32,000 bases of DNA from NCBI RefSeq assembly GCF_000010625.1, contig NC_010296.1, positions 390,001 to 422,000 of the forward strand. Direction: 5' to 3'. Both the position numbers and the translations under genes were made by a program. Under the pieces are notes generated by a model that worked only from the letters and a program-made list of their open reading frames with translations, did no database searches and was not told the DNA's origin. Of this stretch, positions 19,005-27,706 are shown piece after piece. How positions within the stretch are numbered: position 1 is the stretch's first letter; every line of letters starts with the position of its first letter. Source of the DNA: Microcystis aeruginosa NIES-843 (GTDB taxonomy: Bacteria > Cyanobacteriota > Cyanobacteriia > Cyanobacteriales > Microcystaceae).

Positions 19005-19225
19005 ATTTTTGCCACATTTCTGATTGTAACTTCATCATTAGGGTTATGTCAAGCACCTCTGGGAAAATTTTTTTGAGGGAGTGGGGAAGTGGGGAGAAAC
19101 AATTGATAACTGGGTTTTTAAAGTTGGATTGGTATCAATACTGAATTAAAGCCAAAAAATCCCCAATTAGGGACCGGACCCTCTTTACAATGGGATTGTA
19201 ATTAAGCTTGTTGGGAGCCTGAGCT

Positions 19226-19441
19226 ATGACTAACCCGAATTCGATCGAACAGCTATCGCAGGAATTACTCGATCTAGACCAAGTAGATGCCGATACTGGG
19301 GCAGATTTGCGGCAAAAAGCCCAAGAAATCCTCGCTGAAACCACTATTGACCTGCCGATTCGAGAAGCGATCGCCGATAGTCTCAGTCAAGGCAATCAAC
19401 TACTTACCCTCAAAACCGTCGGCAGGGAAGAAAGTTACTAG
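19226..19441 (+). CDS. small acidic hypothetical protein (71 aa)
   Basis: ATG ORF with GGAG 8 nt upstream. Plausible composition, no family recognised. Confidence 0.45.
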   Translation: MTNPNSIEQLSQELLDLDQVDADTGADLRQKAQEILAETTIDLPIREAIADSLSQGNQLLTLKTVGREESY

Positions 19442-19464
19442 CACATTTGGGGTCAAAAGTCAAG

Positions 19465-19977
19465 ATGAAAGAAAAAAATTTTTTTGTCTGGCTGGGGCGA
19501 TTTTTGGCCTCTTTTGGGCTGTTATCGGGGATAAGTGGCTGTAATTCTCCTCTTTTGATTACTCCTCAAGTTCCCGCCGGTGGTTTAAATAGTTTTGCTC
19601 CCGATCAATTCCCCAGTTATAGTGCTGATGGTCGCTATTTAGCCTTCGCTTCCGATCGCTCCGGTCGTCGTAGTATATATTTATTCGATCTGCAAGAAAA
19701 GCGCTTAGTTAATCTTCCTAACCTAAATCGTGGCGATTCTAGCCAAGATCAGCCATCTCTGAATGCTGACGGTCGTTTAATTGCTTATATCTCCAGCGAA
19801 CGCGGCAAGAGTGATGTCATGGTTTATGATCGTTCCCAGTCCCGTGCAACCCTATTAACCGCTAACCTGCGGGGAAGCGTCCGTAATCCCACCATTAGCG
19901 GTGATGGTCGCCAAATTGCCTTTGAAACCAACCAAGACGGTCAATGGAATATTGCGATCGTTAACGGCCAATTTTAA
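19465..19977 (+). CDS. lipoprotein with TolB-like (PD40/WD40-like) beta-propeller repeats
   Basis: Signal peptide with lipobox LLSGISGC. Repeated motifs PSYSADGRYLAFASDRSG, PSLNADGRLIAYISSERG, PTISGDGRQIAFETNQDG. I start at ATG 19465 rather than TTG 19447. Confidence 0.7.
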   Translation: MKEKNFFVWLGRFLASFGLLSGISGCNSPLLITPQVPAGGLNSFAPDQFPSYSADGRYLAFASDRSGRRSIYLFDLQEKRLVNLPNLNRGDSSQDQPSLNADGRLIAYISSERGKSDVMVYDRSQSRATLLTANLRGSVRNPTISGDGRQIAFETNQDGQWNIAIVNGQF

Positions 19978-19984
19978 ACTTGTT

Positions 19985-21328
19985 CTACTCGGTCTTAATC
20001 GTTAAAACTTGCGGAGGAGTTGCATCGGGTGGATATAAAAAATTTACCTGTACTATATGCCAATCCCCGGGAGGAATAGTCAGAGTCACTAAAGGTTGCC
20101 CCTCTTGTCCGCGTCTTTGGACGAGATGGAAAAATCTGCTTTGTGCCTGTCCCTGGTCATCGCTATAATTGACGGCTACTGTTCCCCGAAAAAACACTTG
20201 TGGGGCAGCCGGATCGAGAAAACGCAAACCCTGCCCAATAATATCCTCTTTAATCGGTGTTTCTAGCGCAATAGTCACCGTTTTTGCCTCATTACTTCGA
20301 TTAAATAGAGGTAAACTTAACCTATATTCCACACCGTAATTACCATGAGCTTGATAGGCCGTATCGGGATAGCGAACTAACATACTAGCACTTTGATTTT
20401 GTTCCGTTCCCAGTTTGCCCCCGGGTAGGGTGCTAATCCCATAGGCTATAGATTGACCAGAATCAGGAATATTTAACCATAAAGAAGCTCGATCGACCAA
20501 TCGGGCTGGCCAAGCTGAACCTTGGGACACCCCCGCTACCCGTCCATAAATTATCTGTCCTTGACTATGGGGAGGAGTGGGCGCTCGATCCCGCGGAGTC
20601 GATAAATCGCCTTTTTCTAGCAAATTTTGCCACTCTGTAAGATTTGGTGGTCTTTCCTGTCCATTTTCATCTAGGGGTGCATAAAGAGCTAAACTAGCAG
20701 CGTAGAGAAGACCGTCACTTTCCAGACGGAGATAAGTGGACCTACCGTTTAAAGGGGGAGTCAAATCGCGCACGGGAATCGCCGCATTTAAGACCATAAA
20801 ACTCTCCCCCGCCGGAATAATAATCCTATCGGGAAAAATATCCTGACGCTGCCCCATTAAAATATCCCCCATTACCCGACTTCCCGGCCCGGCAAAAACC
20901 GTCCCCTGATTATTTTCCACTTGTGCAGGTAAATCGATAAAAGCTGCATCGGGTTGACTCAAATAACTGGCCCCTTGCAGAATTTTAACGGTCACGGGAT
21001 TAGAACTAGGATTGTGGAGTAATATACCCAGATAAAGGCTGCGTAAATTATCGGGAAAACTCCCCCTCGCTACATGGTGGGCAAAAATATCAAAGCGTCC
21101 CTGAAAAGCATAATTTAAATGGGCCGAGGGAAAACTTTTCTCTTGGGGGGGAAAAGTCGAAAGTAAAATCCCTTCTCCTAGCAATAATTCGGGACTATTG
21201 CTATTAAAAACGGGAACTTGATCTAGTTGATTCGGTAAAGGACGCACCTGCACCGGTCGAATTATTTCTACAATAGGAGGAGTTTGGGCAATGGGTAGTA
21301 AAAAAGGTAACATCACACAAATTACCAT
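19985..21328 (-). CDS. conserved hypothetical secreted protein (447 aa)
   Basis: Long ORF with a hydrophobic N-terminus (MVICVMLPFLLPIAQ). No motif I can name with confidence; possibly a cyanobacterial DUF family. Convergent with the upstream lipoprotein gene, 7 nt apart. Confidence 0.6.
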   Translation of the reverse strand: MVICVMLPFLLPIAQTPPIVEIIRPVQVRPLPNQLDQVPVFNSNSPELLLGEGILLSTFPPQEKSFPSAHLNYAFQGRFDIFAHHVARGSFPDNLRSLYLGILLHNPSSNPVTVKILQGASYLSQPDAAFIDLPAQVENNQGTVFAGPGSRVMGDILMGQRQDIFPDRIIIPAGESFMVLNAAIPVRDLTPPLNGRSTYLRLESDGLLYAASLALYAPLDENGQERPPNLTEWQNLLEKGDLSTPRDRAPTPPHSQGQIIYGRVAGVSQGSAWPARLVDRASLWLNIPDSGQSIAYGISTLPGGKLGTEQNQSASMLVRYPDTAYQAHGNYGVEYRLSLPLFNRSNEAKTVTIALETPIKEDIIGQGLRFLDPAAPQVFFRGTVAVNYSDDQGQAQSRFFHLVQRRGQEGQPLVTLTIPPGDWHIVQVNFLYPPDATPPQVLTIKTE

Positions 21329-21431
21329 CTCAAGATAATTATTTTTTGATCATAGCATTACTGGCTCGCTCAATTTAGATAGTATTCTGTTTGTCTATAT
21401 CTAGAGGATTGGTTAATATTTCTTGCCGGTG

Positions 21432-21575
21432 TTAAGTAGCTGGTTATAATTAAATTAAAAATCGATTTTAGGTTCGATCCCCCCTGCCCCCCTTGATAAG
21501 GTAGGGTTGATTCATGAATCAACCCTACCCTTGATAAGGGGGGTGTCTGATAATTTTTAACGCCTACCTACTTAA
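21432..21575. mobile_element. TTAAGT-ended MITE (copy B) with a nested 28-nt perfect palindrome
   Basis: TTAAGTAGCTGGTTATAATTAAATT...GATCCCCCCTGCCCCCCTTGATAAG, then GTAGGGTTGATTCATGAATCAACCCTAC, then CCTTGATAAGGGGGGTGTCTGATAA...CCTACCTACTTAA. Confidence 0.8.
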
Positions 21576-21746
21576 GTACAATCAAGAAAAATTATCAAAT
21601 TTCCCAATCGTTATTTGCCCTTGCCATTGATCAAATCTATTGTCATCATAGACTAAAATCTAGATGTAGCCGATGTCTAGATATCGATCGAGCCAGAATT
21701 GTTATGATAAATTCATGAAGTTTTATAACGGTATTTCCCCGTGAAC

Positions 21747-22736
21747 ATGAACCAAATCGACTATCTCAGGATTAGTTTAATCGATCGCTGTAACTTTCGC
21801 TGTCAGTATTGTCTGCCTGAAGATGCAGAATTGGCCTATGTTCGACCGCAAGATTTACTCACCCGGGAGGAAATTCTTACTTTAGTCAAAAATGTCTTTA
21901 TTCCCCTCGGTTTCCGCAAATTTCGCCTTACTGGTGGGGAACCTCTCTTACATCCCGAAGTAGTGGAGATTGTGCGCGATATCGCCTCTTTATCTGCCAC
22001 TAGCGATTTAGCCTTGACCACTAATGGCTATTTACTTGACAATTTAGCCGAAATGTTGTATGAAGCCGGACTAAGACGGATTAATATCAGTTTAGACTCC
22101 CTCGACCCCGACACTTTCGATAAGATTATCGGTAATCGCGGCCGGAGTCGTTGGCAAAAAACTTGGGCAGGTATTCAAGCGGCCCAGAGGGTGGGTTTTG
22201 ACCCCTTAAAATTGAATGTGGTGGTGATTCCGGGGATAAATGAGGCAGAAGTGGAAGATTTAGCGGCTTTGACCATTGAGAAGCGTTGGCACGTCCGTTT
22301 TATCGAGTTTATGCCCATCGGTAACGGTGATTTATTTCAAGAAAAAGCTTGGATTGCGAACGAGGAATTAAGGGGGCGAATTCGGGCAAAATGGGGCTTA
22401 AATGAGGGTCAAGTGCGGGGAAATGGTCCAGCCGATGTTTTTCAAATTCCGGGGGCTAAGGGTACAATTGGCTTTATTAGTCAGATGTCGGAATGTTTTT
22501 GCGATCGCTGTAACCGACTACGTCTCTCGGCCGATGGTTGGTTGCGTCCCTGTCTCCTCAACGAAACCGGACAAATTGACCTAAAAACTGCCCTCCGTCA
22601 AGGAATTTCGCCGGCAGAAATCAGGGAAAGAGTGCGGGAATTAATAGAACTGAAAGCAGAAATAAACTTTAAACTGCGTGATTCTGGCACATCAAGCGGC
22701 ATTTATACCCGTACTATGTCCCAAATTGGCGGCTAA
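21747..22736 (+). CDS. moaA: GTP 3',8-cyclase (molybdenum cofactor biosynthesis protein A)
   Basis: Radical SAM motif [18 protein letters not shown], and a C-terminal Cys cluster [16 protein letters not shown] take ATG 21747; GTG 21741 is also possible. Confidence 0.92.
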   Translation: MNQIDYLRISLIDRCNFRCQYCLPEDAELAYVRPQDLLTREEILTLVKNVFIPLGFRKFRLTGGEPLLHPEVVEIVRDIASLSATSDLALTTNGYLLDNLAEMLYEAGLRRINISLDSLDPDTFDKIIGNRGRSRWQKTWAGIQAAQRVGFDPLKLNVVVIPGINEAEVEDLAALTIEKRWHVRFIEFMPIGNGDLFQEKAWIANEELRGRIRAKWGLNEGQVRGNGPADVFQIPGAKGTIGFISQMSECFCDRCNRLRLSADGWLRPCLLNETGQIDLKTALRQGISPAEIRERVRELIELKAEINFKLRDSGTSSGIYTRTMSQIGG

Positions 22737-22740
22737 AAAT

Positions 22741-22926
22741 CTACTGTCCGAATTCTATTCTAGCCTGTTCTACCATTTCCACGGTAACTCGATCGGAACC
22801 GGCATGACGAGCTAATTCTTCTATCCTTTGACGCGCTTGGGAACGAACAAAATAGGGAATATTTTTCAGTTTTGCTTTTGCTTCTGCGGTCCATTGTAGT
22901 TGATCGGAAAAATCTAGAGCTTCCAT
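22741..22926 (-). CDS. small PCP-reductase-family protein (similar to the C-terminal domain of protochlorophyllide reductase subunit B)
   Basis: 61 aa. [30 protein letters not shown] matches my recollection of that small domain family. Confidence 0.65.
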   Translation of the reverse strand: MEALDFSDQLQWTAEAKAKLKNIPYFVRSQARQRIEELARHAGSDRVTVEMVEQARIEFGQ

Positions 22927-23752
22927 AGATTTAACATATAGTAGTCCGTCTATTATACCAAAAAAGATTAGCTATTTATTAAAAAGCTGATTAAATGATG
23001 AGTTTCTTGATAGCGACCTTTTCCTGCTCAATTCCGTTCTCAATCTCTTTCACCTTTCTTTTAATTTTAGGTTTCTGCTAGGTCGAAATTGACTCTTTGA
23101 TATAAATCTTGAAAAGAAATCTGCCAATCCACCGACACCAATTGTAAAACCGCATTTTCCCCCGTGACGAAATCAATTAACCATTGATCATCCTTTTGTT
23201 TATAGTAAAGTTCCACACTATAACTAGATTGTTCGATCAGAATATATTCCTGAAAAGTTGGCAAGGAACGATAGAATTTAAACTTATCCCCTCGGTCATA
23301 AGCTTGGGTAGAATTAGAGAGAACTTCGACAATAATTAAAGGATTGATCACGTTAGATTGACTATTCCCTTGATAGAGAGGTTGACCTTTAATCACCATC
23401 ACATCGGGATAGGTGTAAATACTATAATCTGACAGCCATAAACGCACCGTTTCCATGTAGGTATAATAATCTTGATTATTGATAGTCAGAGGAAATCTTC
23501 GATAGAAGTTTCCAGCAATCTGATTGTGATTAGTGGTAGCTCCTACCATTGGGATAATTTCTCCTTGACGATATTCATTTTTATCTTCGGACGTTTCCTC
23601 CAGAGCTAGATATTCTTCGGGAGTATAATATTTAGTTTCGGTAGCGCTTAACATTTTTGACTCTCCTTCCTATTCTATTTTCTAGGATACAGCATTTCCC
23701 TAAAAAGAGACAAAGTTATCCTTGAGGAAGGTTATCAATTGAGTGGCTCGGA
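22829..23752. repeat. tandem segmental duplication, unit 1 (924 bp)
   Basis: Collinear with 23784-24674. Covers the 5' third of the PCP-reductase-like gene, the intergenic region, an Uma2 gene and its upstream region. Confidence 0.9.
23067..23654 (-). CDS. Uma2-family (DUF820) putative endonuclease, copy 1
   Basis: 195 aa. YTPEEYLALEETSEDKNEYRQGEIIPM and DVMVI...PLIIVEVLSNST...D...K...Y fit the PD-(D/E)xK-like Uma2 pattern common in cyanobacteria. Confidence 0.85.
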   Translation of the reverse strand: MLSATETKYYTPEEYLALEETSEDKNEYRQGEIIPMVGATTNHNQIAGNFYRRFPLTINNQDYYTYMETVRLWLSDYSIYTYPDVMVIKGQPLYQGNSQSNVINPLIIVEVLSNSTQAYDRGDKFKFYRSLPTFQEYILIEQSSYSVELYYKQKDDQWLIDFVTGENAVLQLVSVDWQISFQDLYQRVNFDLAET

Positions 23753-23783
23753 AAAGTGTATCTTAAATATCTCAGTAATCCGC

Positions 23784-23875
23784 TGACGCGCTTAGGAACG
23801 AACAAAATAGGGAATATTTTTTAGTTTTGCTTTTGCGGTCCATTGTAGTTGATCGGAAAAATCTAGAGCGTCCGT
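23784..23875 (-). pseudogene. duplicated 5' fragment of the PCP-reductase-like gene, start codon lost
   Basis: Matches 22829-22926 but carries a 6-nt deletion, and ATG has become ACG (CAT at 22924-22926 against CGT at 23873-23875). Confidence 0.7.
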
Positions 23876-23988
23876 AGATTTAACAATAGTAGTCCGTCTA
23901 TTATACCAAAAAAGATTAGCTATTTATTGCCAAGCTAATTAAATGATGAGTTTCTTGATAGCGACTCTTTTTCACCTTTCTTTTAATT

Positions 23989-24576
23989 TTAGGTTTCTGC
24001 TAGGTCGAAATTTACTCTTTGATATAAATCTTGAAAAGAAATCTGCCAATCTACCGACACCAATTGTAAAACCGCATTTTCCCCCGTGACGAAATCAATT
24101 AACCATTGATCATCCTTTTGTTTATAGTAACGTTCCACACTATAACTAGATTGTTCGATCAGAATATATTCCTGAAAAGTTGGCAAGGAACGATAGAATT
24201 TAAACTTATCCCCTCGATCATAAGCTTGGGTAGAATTGGAGAGAATTTCGACAATAATTAAAGGATTGATCACGTTAGATTGACTATTGCCTTGATAGAG
24301 AGGTTGACCTTGAATCACCATCACATCGGGATAGGTGTAAATGCTATAATCTGATAGCCATAAACGCACCGTTTCCATATAGGTATAATAATCTTGATTA
24401 TTGATATTTAAGGGAAAATTACGGCAAAAATTTAGACAAATCTGATTGTGATTAGTGGTGGCTCCTACCATTGGGATAATTTCTCCTTGACGATATTCAT
24501 TTTTATCTTCGGATGTTTCCTCCAGAGCTAGATATTCTTCGGGAGTATAATATTTAGTTTCAGTAGCGCTTAACAT
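23989..24576 (-). CDS. Uma2-family (DUF820) putative endonuclease, copy 2
   Basis: 195 aa, with 10 substitutions relative to copy 1. Six of them cluster at residues 47-58 (IAGNFYRRFPLTIN versus ICLNFCRNFPLNIN). Confidence 0.85.
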   Translation of the reverse strand: MLSATETKYYTPEEYLALEETSEDKNEYRQGEIIPMVGATTNHNQICLNFCRNFPLNINNQDYYTYMETVRLWLSDYSIYTYPDVMVIQGQPLYQGNSQSNVINPLIIVEILSNSTQAYDRGDKFKFYRSLPTFQEYILIEQSSYSVERYYKQKDDQWLIDFVTGENAVLQLVSVDWQISFQDLYQRVNFDLAET

Positions 24577-24801
24577 TTTTGACTCTCCTTCCTATTCTAT
24601 TTTCTAGGATACAGCATTTCCCTAAAAAGAGATAAAGTTATCCTTGAGCAAGGTTATCAATTGAGTTACTCGGATCATATTTTTTCCTTAATCTCTGGCA
24701 AAAAATGCGGAGAAATCCATAATTAAAAATCTAAGTATCAAAATTGCTCACTTCAAGGGTTAAGATAAACTAGATAAATAGTTTTATGTTTAGTTTCTCC
24801 T

Positions 24802-26157
24802 ATGTTTAACTGGTTCCGTCGTCAGAAAGTCCAACCCGAACAAGAACAAACACCCCCCGCACCCGTAGAGGACACCCCCAGCGAGGCAACCCCGACGACT
24901 AGCGAGGCAACCAGTCAGGAAGAGTATTTAGATTGGGCCAAAAAAGCCTTTAAAAATATTCAAGAGAAAAAAGCCACGGCCGAGGCCGTCGTGAGCGAAA
25001 CCCCTGAAACATCCATTGCTGAAACGGAACCTCCGCAAGAGCAAGAACCAGTTAAAGAAGAAGAAACCGAGGATAATACCCCCGCATGGCTGAAAAAATC
25101 TGATCGCCTCGAAATTCTTAAAGAAACCGCCATCGAAACCCCCACAGAACCAGATGAAGATTTTATCTGGTCGGCCAAAGTTTTAGCCAATCAGGGACGA
25201 CAAGCAGAGGACGTTTCGGAAGAAGAAATCACCTGGTTAAAAAAATTGCGTCAGGGTTTGGGCAAAACGCGCCGCAGCTTGGTTAATCAGCTTAAGGCCG
25301 TGGTCGGTCAGGGTCCCCTCAATCAAGACGCGGTGGAGGAAATCGAAGCTTTATTGCTTCAGGCCGATGTGGGGGTAGATGCCACCGATTATATTATCAC
25401 TACCCTCCAAAATAAGCTAAAACAGGAAGCTCTGCCCCCCGAAAAAGCGATCGAATATCTCAAAGAAATTATCCGCGAGATTTTAGATGCACCTTTAGCC
25501 AATTATAGCAACCCCGGTTTTGAGCCAGAAAAAGGCAAATTAAATATCTGGATGCTCACAGGAGTTAACGGAGTGGGTAAAACGACGACTATCGGCAAAT
25601 TAGCCCATTTATCTAAACAATCTGGCTATAGCTGTATGATCGCCGCTGCCGACACCTTTCGCGCTGCTGCCGTGGAACAGGTGAAAGTTTGGGGAGAGCG
25701 ATCGCAAGTCGAAGTAATTGCCAACCCGGGCAAAAATACCGACCCGGCCGCCGTGGTGTACGATGGCATCGAAGCCGCTAAATCCAGGGAGATAGAATTA
25801 CTCTTAGTAGATACGGCGGGAAGATTGCAGAATAAAAAGAACTTAATGGCAGAATTAAGCAAAATTCGCCGCATTATCGACAAAAAAGCCGAGAGTGCTG
25901 TGGTGGAATCGCTTCTAGTTCTCGATGCCACTTTAGGACAAAACGGGCTGCGACAGGCAGAGGTTTTCTCGGAAGCTGCCCAATTAAGCGGCGTGATCCT
26001 GACTAAAATCGATGGTACAGCTAAAGGGGGTGTTGCCCTTGCCGTAGCGCGTCAGCTTAACCTACCGATTCGCTTTGTTGGCGCTGGGGAAGGAATCGAG
26101 GATCTGCGGCCCTTTTCCAGTTACGAATTCGTGGAAGCTTTACTGAGTGGCGATTAA
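24802..26157 (+). CDS. ftsY: signal recognition particle receptor FtsY
   Basis: Acidic N-terminal region followed by the NG domain: GVNGVGKTTTIGKLA, DTAGRLQNK, TKIDGTAKGG. Confidence 0.95.
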   Translation: MFNWFRRQKVQPEQEQTPPAPVEDTPSEATPTTSEATSQEEYLDWAKKAFKNIQEKKATAEAVVSETPETSIAETEPPQEQEPVKEEETEDNTPAWLKKSDRLEILKETAIETPTEPDEDFIWSAKVLANQGRQAEDVSEEEITWLKKLRQGLGKTRRSLVNQLKAVVGQGPLNQDAVEEIEALLLQADVGVDATDYIITTLQNKLKQEALPPEKAIEYLKEIIREILDAPLANYSNPGFEPEKGKLNIWMLTGVNGVGKTTTIGKLAHLSKQSGYSCMIAAADTFRAAAVEQVKVWGERSQVEVIANPGKNTDPAAVVYDGIEAAKSREIELLLVDTAGRLQNKKNLMAELSKIRRIIDKKAESAVVESLLVLDATLGQNGLRQAEVFSEAAQLSGVILTKIDGTAKGGVALAVARQLNLPIRFVGAGEGIEDLRPFSSYEFVEALLSGD

Positions 26158-26251
26158 TCTCACCCTAGCTATCTTTCATAATCTTTTCATGGTTGCTTCA
26201 TAATTGTCTCATTTTTAGTTATGCTAGAAATGGAGACTCAGGGTAACAACT

Positions 26252-27052
26252 ATGCAAACGACAATTACAGTTAGTCATCTAGGAGTATATTATCGCGGCG
26301 TGGAAGCCCTACGGGATATCACCCTGAAAATTCATCCAGGACGATTAACCGGTATTATCGGTCCCAACGGTGCGGGCAAAAGTACCCTGATCAAAGCCAT
26401 GCTAGGATTAATTCCCGTACAACAGGGAACCGTTAACTATCAAGGGCAATCTCTACAGCAACAACTGGATAAAGTCGCTTATGTTCCCCAAAGATCTCAA
26501 ATCGACTGGACCTATCCCGTCACCGCTTGGGATGTGGTAATGATGGGGAGAGTCAGAAAAACGGGTTGGTTTCGTCCTTTTTCCCATATTAGTCGTCAAC
26601 AGGCTTTAAATGCCCTAGAACGGGTGGAAATGGCTGATTTACGCCATCGTCCCCTCGGTCAGCTGTCGGGGGGACAACAGCAAAGAGTCTTTTTAGCCAG
26701 ATCTTTGGCCCAAGAAGCGGAGATTTTCTGTTTTGATGAACCTTTCGTTGGGGTAGATCAAAAAACCGAGGGGGTTCTTTTTAATATCTTTGGTGAGTTA
26801 GCCCAAGAAAATAAAATTGTCATGGTGGTTAACCATGATTTAGGCGAATCTATCAGCCATTTTGCTGATTTAATCCTCTTAAATAAAGAATTGATCCTCG
26901 CCGATCAACGATCTAAGGTCTTAACTGATTTTAATCTCCGGCGTGCCTATGGGGGTAAAGTCTCCTTCTACGATGCCATGACACCACCAGATCATCGCCG
27001 ATCGAGTCTCGATTATCTCGATCGCTTCTCGAAAAACAATGCGATAAACTAG
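26252..27052 (+). CDS. metal (Mn/Zn-type) ABC transporter ATP-binding protein
   Basis: Walker A GPNGAGKST, signature LSGGQQQR, Walker B IFCFDEP. The IDWTYPVTAWDVVMMG region is typical of ZnuC/MntA-like ATPases. No adjacent permease or binding protein in the window. Confidence 0.85.
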   Translation: MQTTITVSHLGVYYRGVEALRDITLKIHPGRLTGIIGPNGAGKSTLIKAMLGLIPVQQGTVNYQGQSLQQQLDKVAYVPQRSQIDWTYPVTAWDVVMMGRVRKTGWFRPFSHISRQQALNALERVEMADLRHRPLGQLSGGQQQRVFLARSLAQEAEIFCFDEPFVGVDQKTEGVLFNIFGELAQENKIVMVVNHDLGESISHFADLILLNKELILADQRSKVLTDFNLRRAYGGKVSFYDAMTPPDHRRSSLDYLDRFSKNNAIN

Positions 27053-27091
27053 AAGCGAAGATATTTTGGCTGACTGCCGATAGGGACACCA

Positions 27092-27508
27092 ATGACAACT
27101 ATTTCCCCGCAAGAAGTAACAGGAACGATCGAACTGGCTCCTAACTATCGAATTCCCCTGTTTTTGGTAATTTTATCGCTGCCTTTACTCTTTTTACAGG
27201 TCTGGCTCGGAATAATTTTCTCCCTGTTAGGGCTATTCTTGATGTTCCAGACTACCCGCATTCGTCTCCAGTTTACCCCCACTTCCTTAGATGTCTATCT
27301 GTCCGGGCAACAAATTCGCTCCTTTCCCTACCAAGAATGGCAAAATTGGCGTATTTTCTCGAATAAAGTCCCGATCCTATTTTATTTCAAAGAAATTAAC
27401 AGCATTCATTTTTTGCCCATTATCTTTGACAGCGCAACCCTGAGACTCTGCCTCGAAAAATACTATCCTTTAGCAGCATCGCAAGCGATCGACTCAGAAG
27501 CGAACTAA
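27092..27508 (+). CDS. hypothetical membrane protein (138 aa)
   Basis: Two adjacent hydrophobic helices (IPLFLVILSLPLLFLQVWLGIIFSLLGLFLMF). Probably a conserved cyanobacterial DUF; name not verified. Confidence 0.55.
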   Translation: MTTISPQEVTGTIELAPNYRIPLFLVILSLPLLFLQVWLGIIFSLLGLFLMFQTTRIRLQFTPTSLDVYLSGQQIRSFPYQEWQNWRIFSNKVPILFYFKEINSIHFLPIIFDSATLRLCLEKYYPLAASQAIDSEAN

Positions 27509-27542
27509 GATTGAGATAAAATAAAATCTGGCTAATAGCGTT

Positions 27543-27663
27543 TTAAGTGGGTAGGTGTTAAAAATTGTCAGATCCCCCCGCCTATCGGCACCCCCCTTAT
27601 CAAGGGGGGCAGGGGGGATCAAAGGCAAGATATATCGTCTATTAATTAGAACCACTTACTTAA
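27543..27663. mobile_element. TTAAGT-ended MITE with full palindromic module (copy D)
   Basis: TTAAGTGGGTAGGTGTTAAAAATTGTCAGATCCCCCCGCCTATCGGCACCCCCCTTATCAAGGGGGGCAGGGGGGATC...GAACCACTTACTTAA. The module is the near-exact reverse complement of 14205-14253 (two small differences in copy C). Confidence 0.75.
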
Positions 27664-27706
27664 TTGCCTGCCTTGGCCCTTTGTTCGCTCTGCATTTCTA
27701 AAGCCG

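Larger units (their letters stand above)
23784..24674. repeat. tandem segmental duplication, unit 2 (891 bp)
   Basis: Very similar to unit 1 apart from a 6-nt and a roughly 26-nt deletion and one 36-nt hyperdivergent patch. Confidence 0.9.

Noticed and set aside
19186-19205. GGGATTGTA matching the first 9 nt of tRNA-Asp in inverted orientation (possible att remnant)
   Set aside because: The match is only about 9 nt, it involves the 5' rather than the 3' end of the tRNA, and there is no integrase or island between the copies. It is within chance expectation.
19980-20168. 62-aa plus-strand ORF antisense to the 447-aa secreted protein gene
   Set aside because: A Cys-rich shadow ORF starting with TTG, fully embedded in the longer, better supported minus-strand gene.
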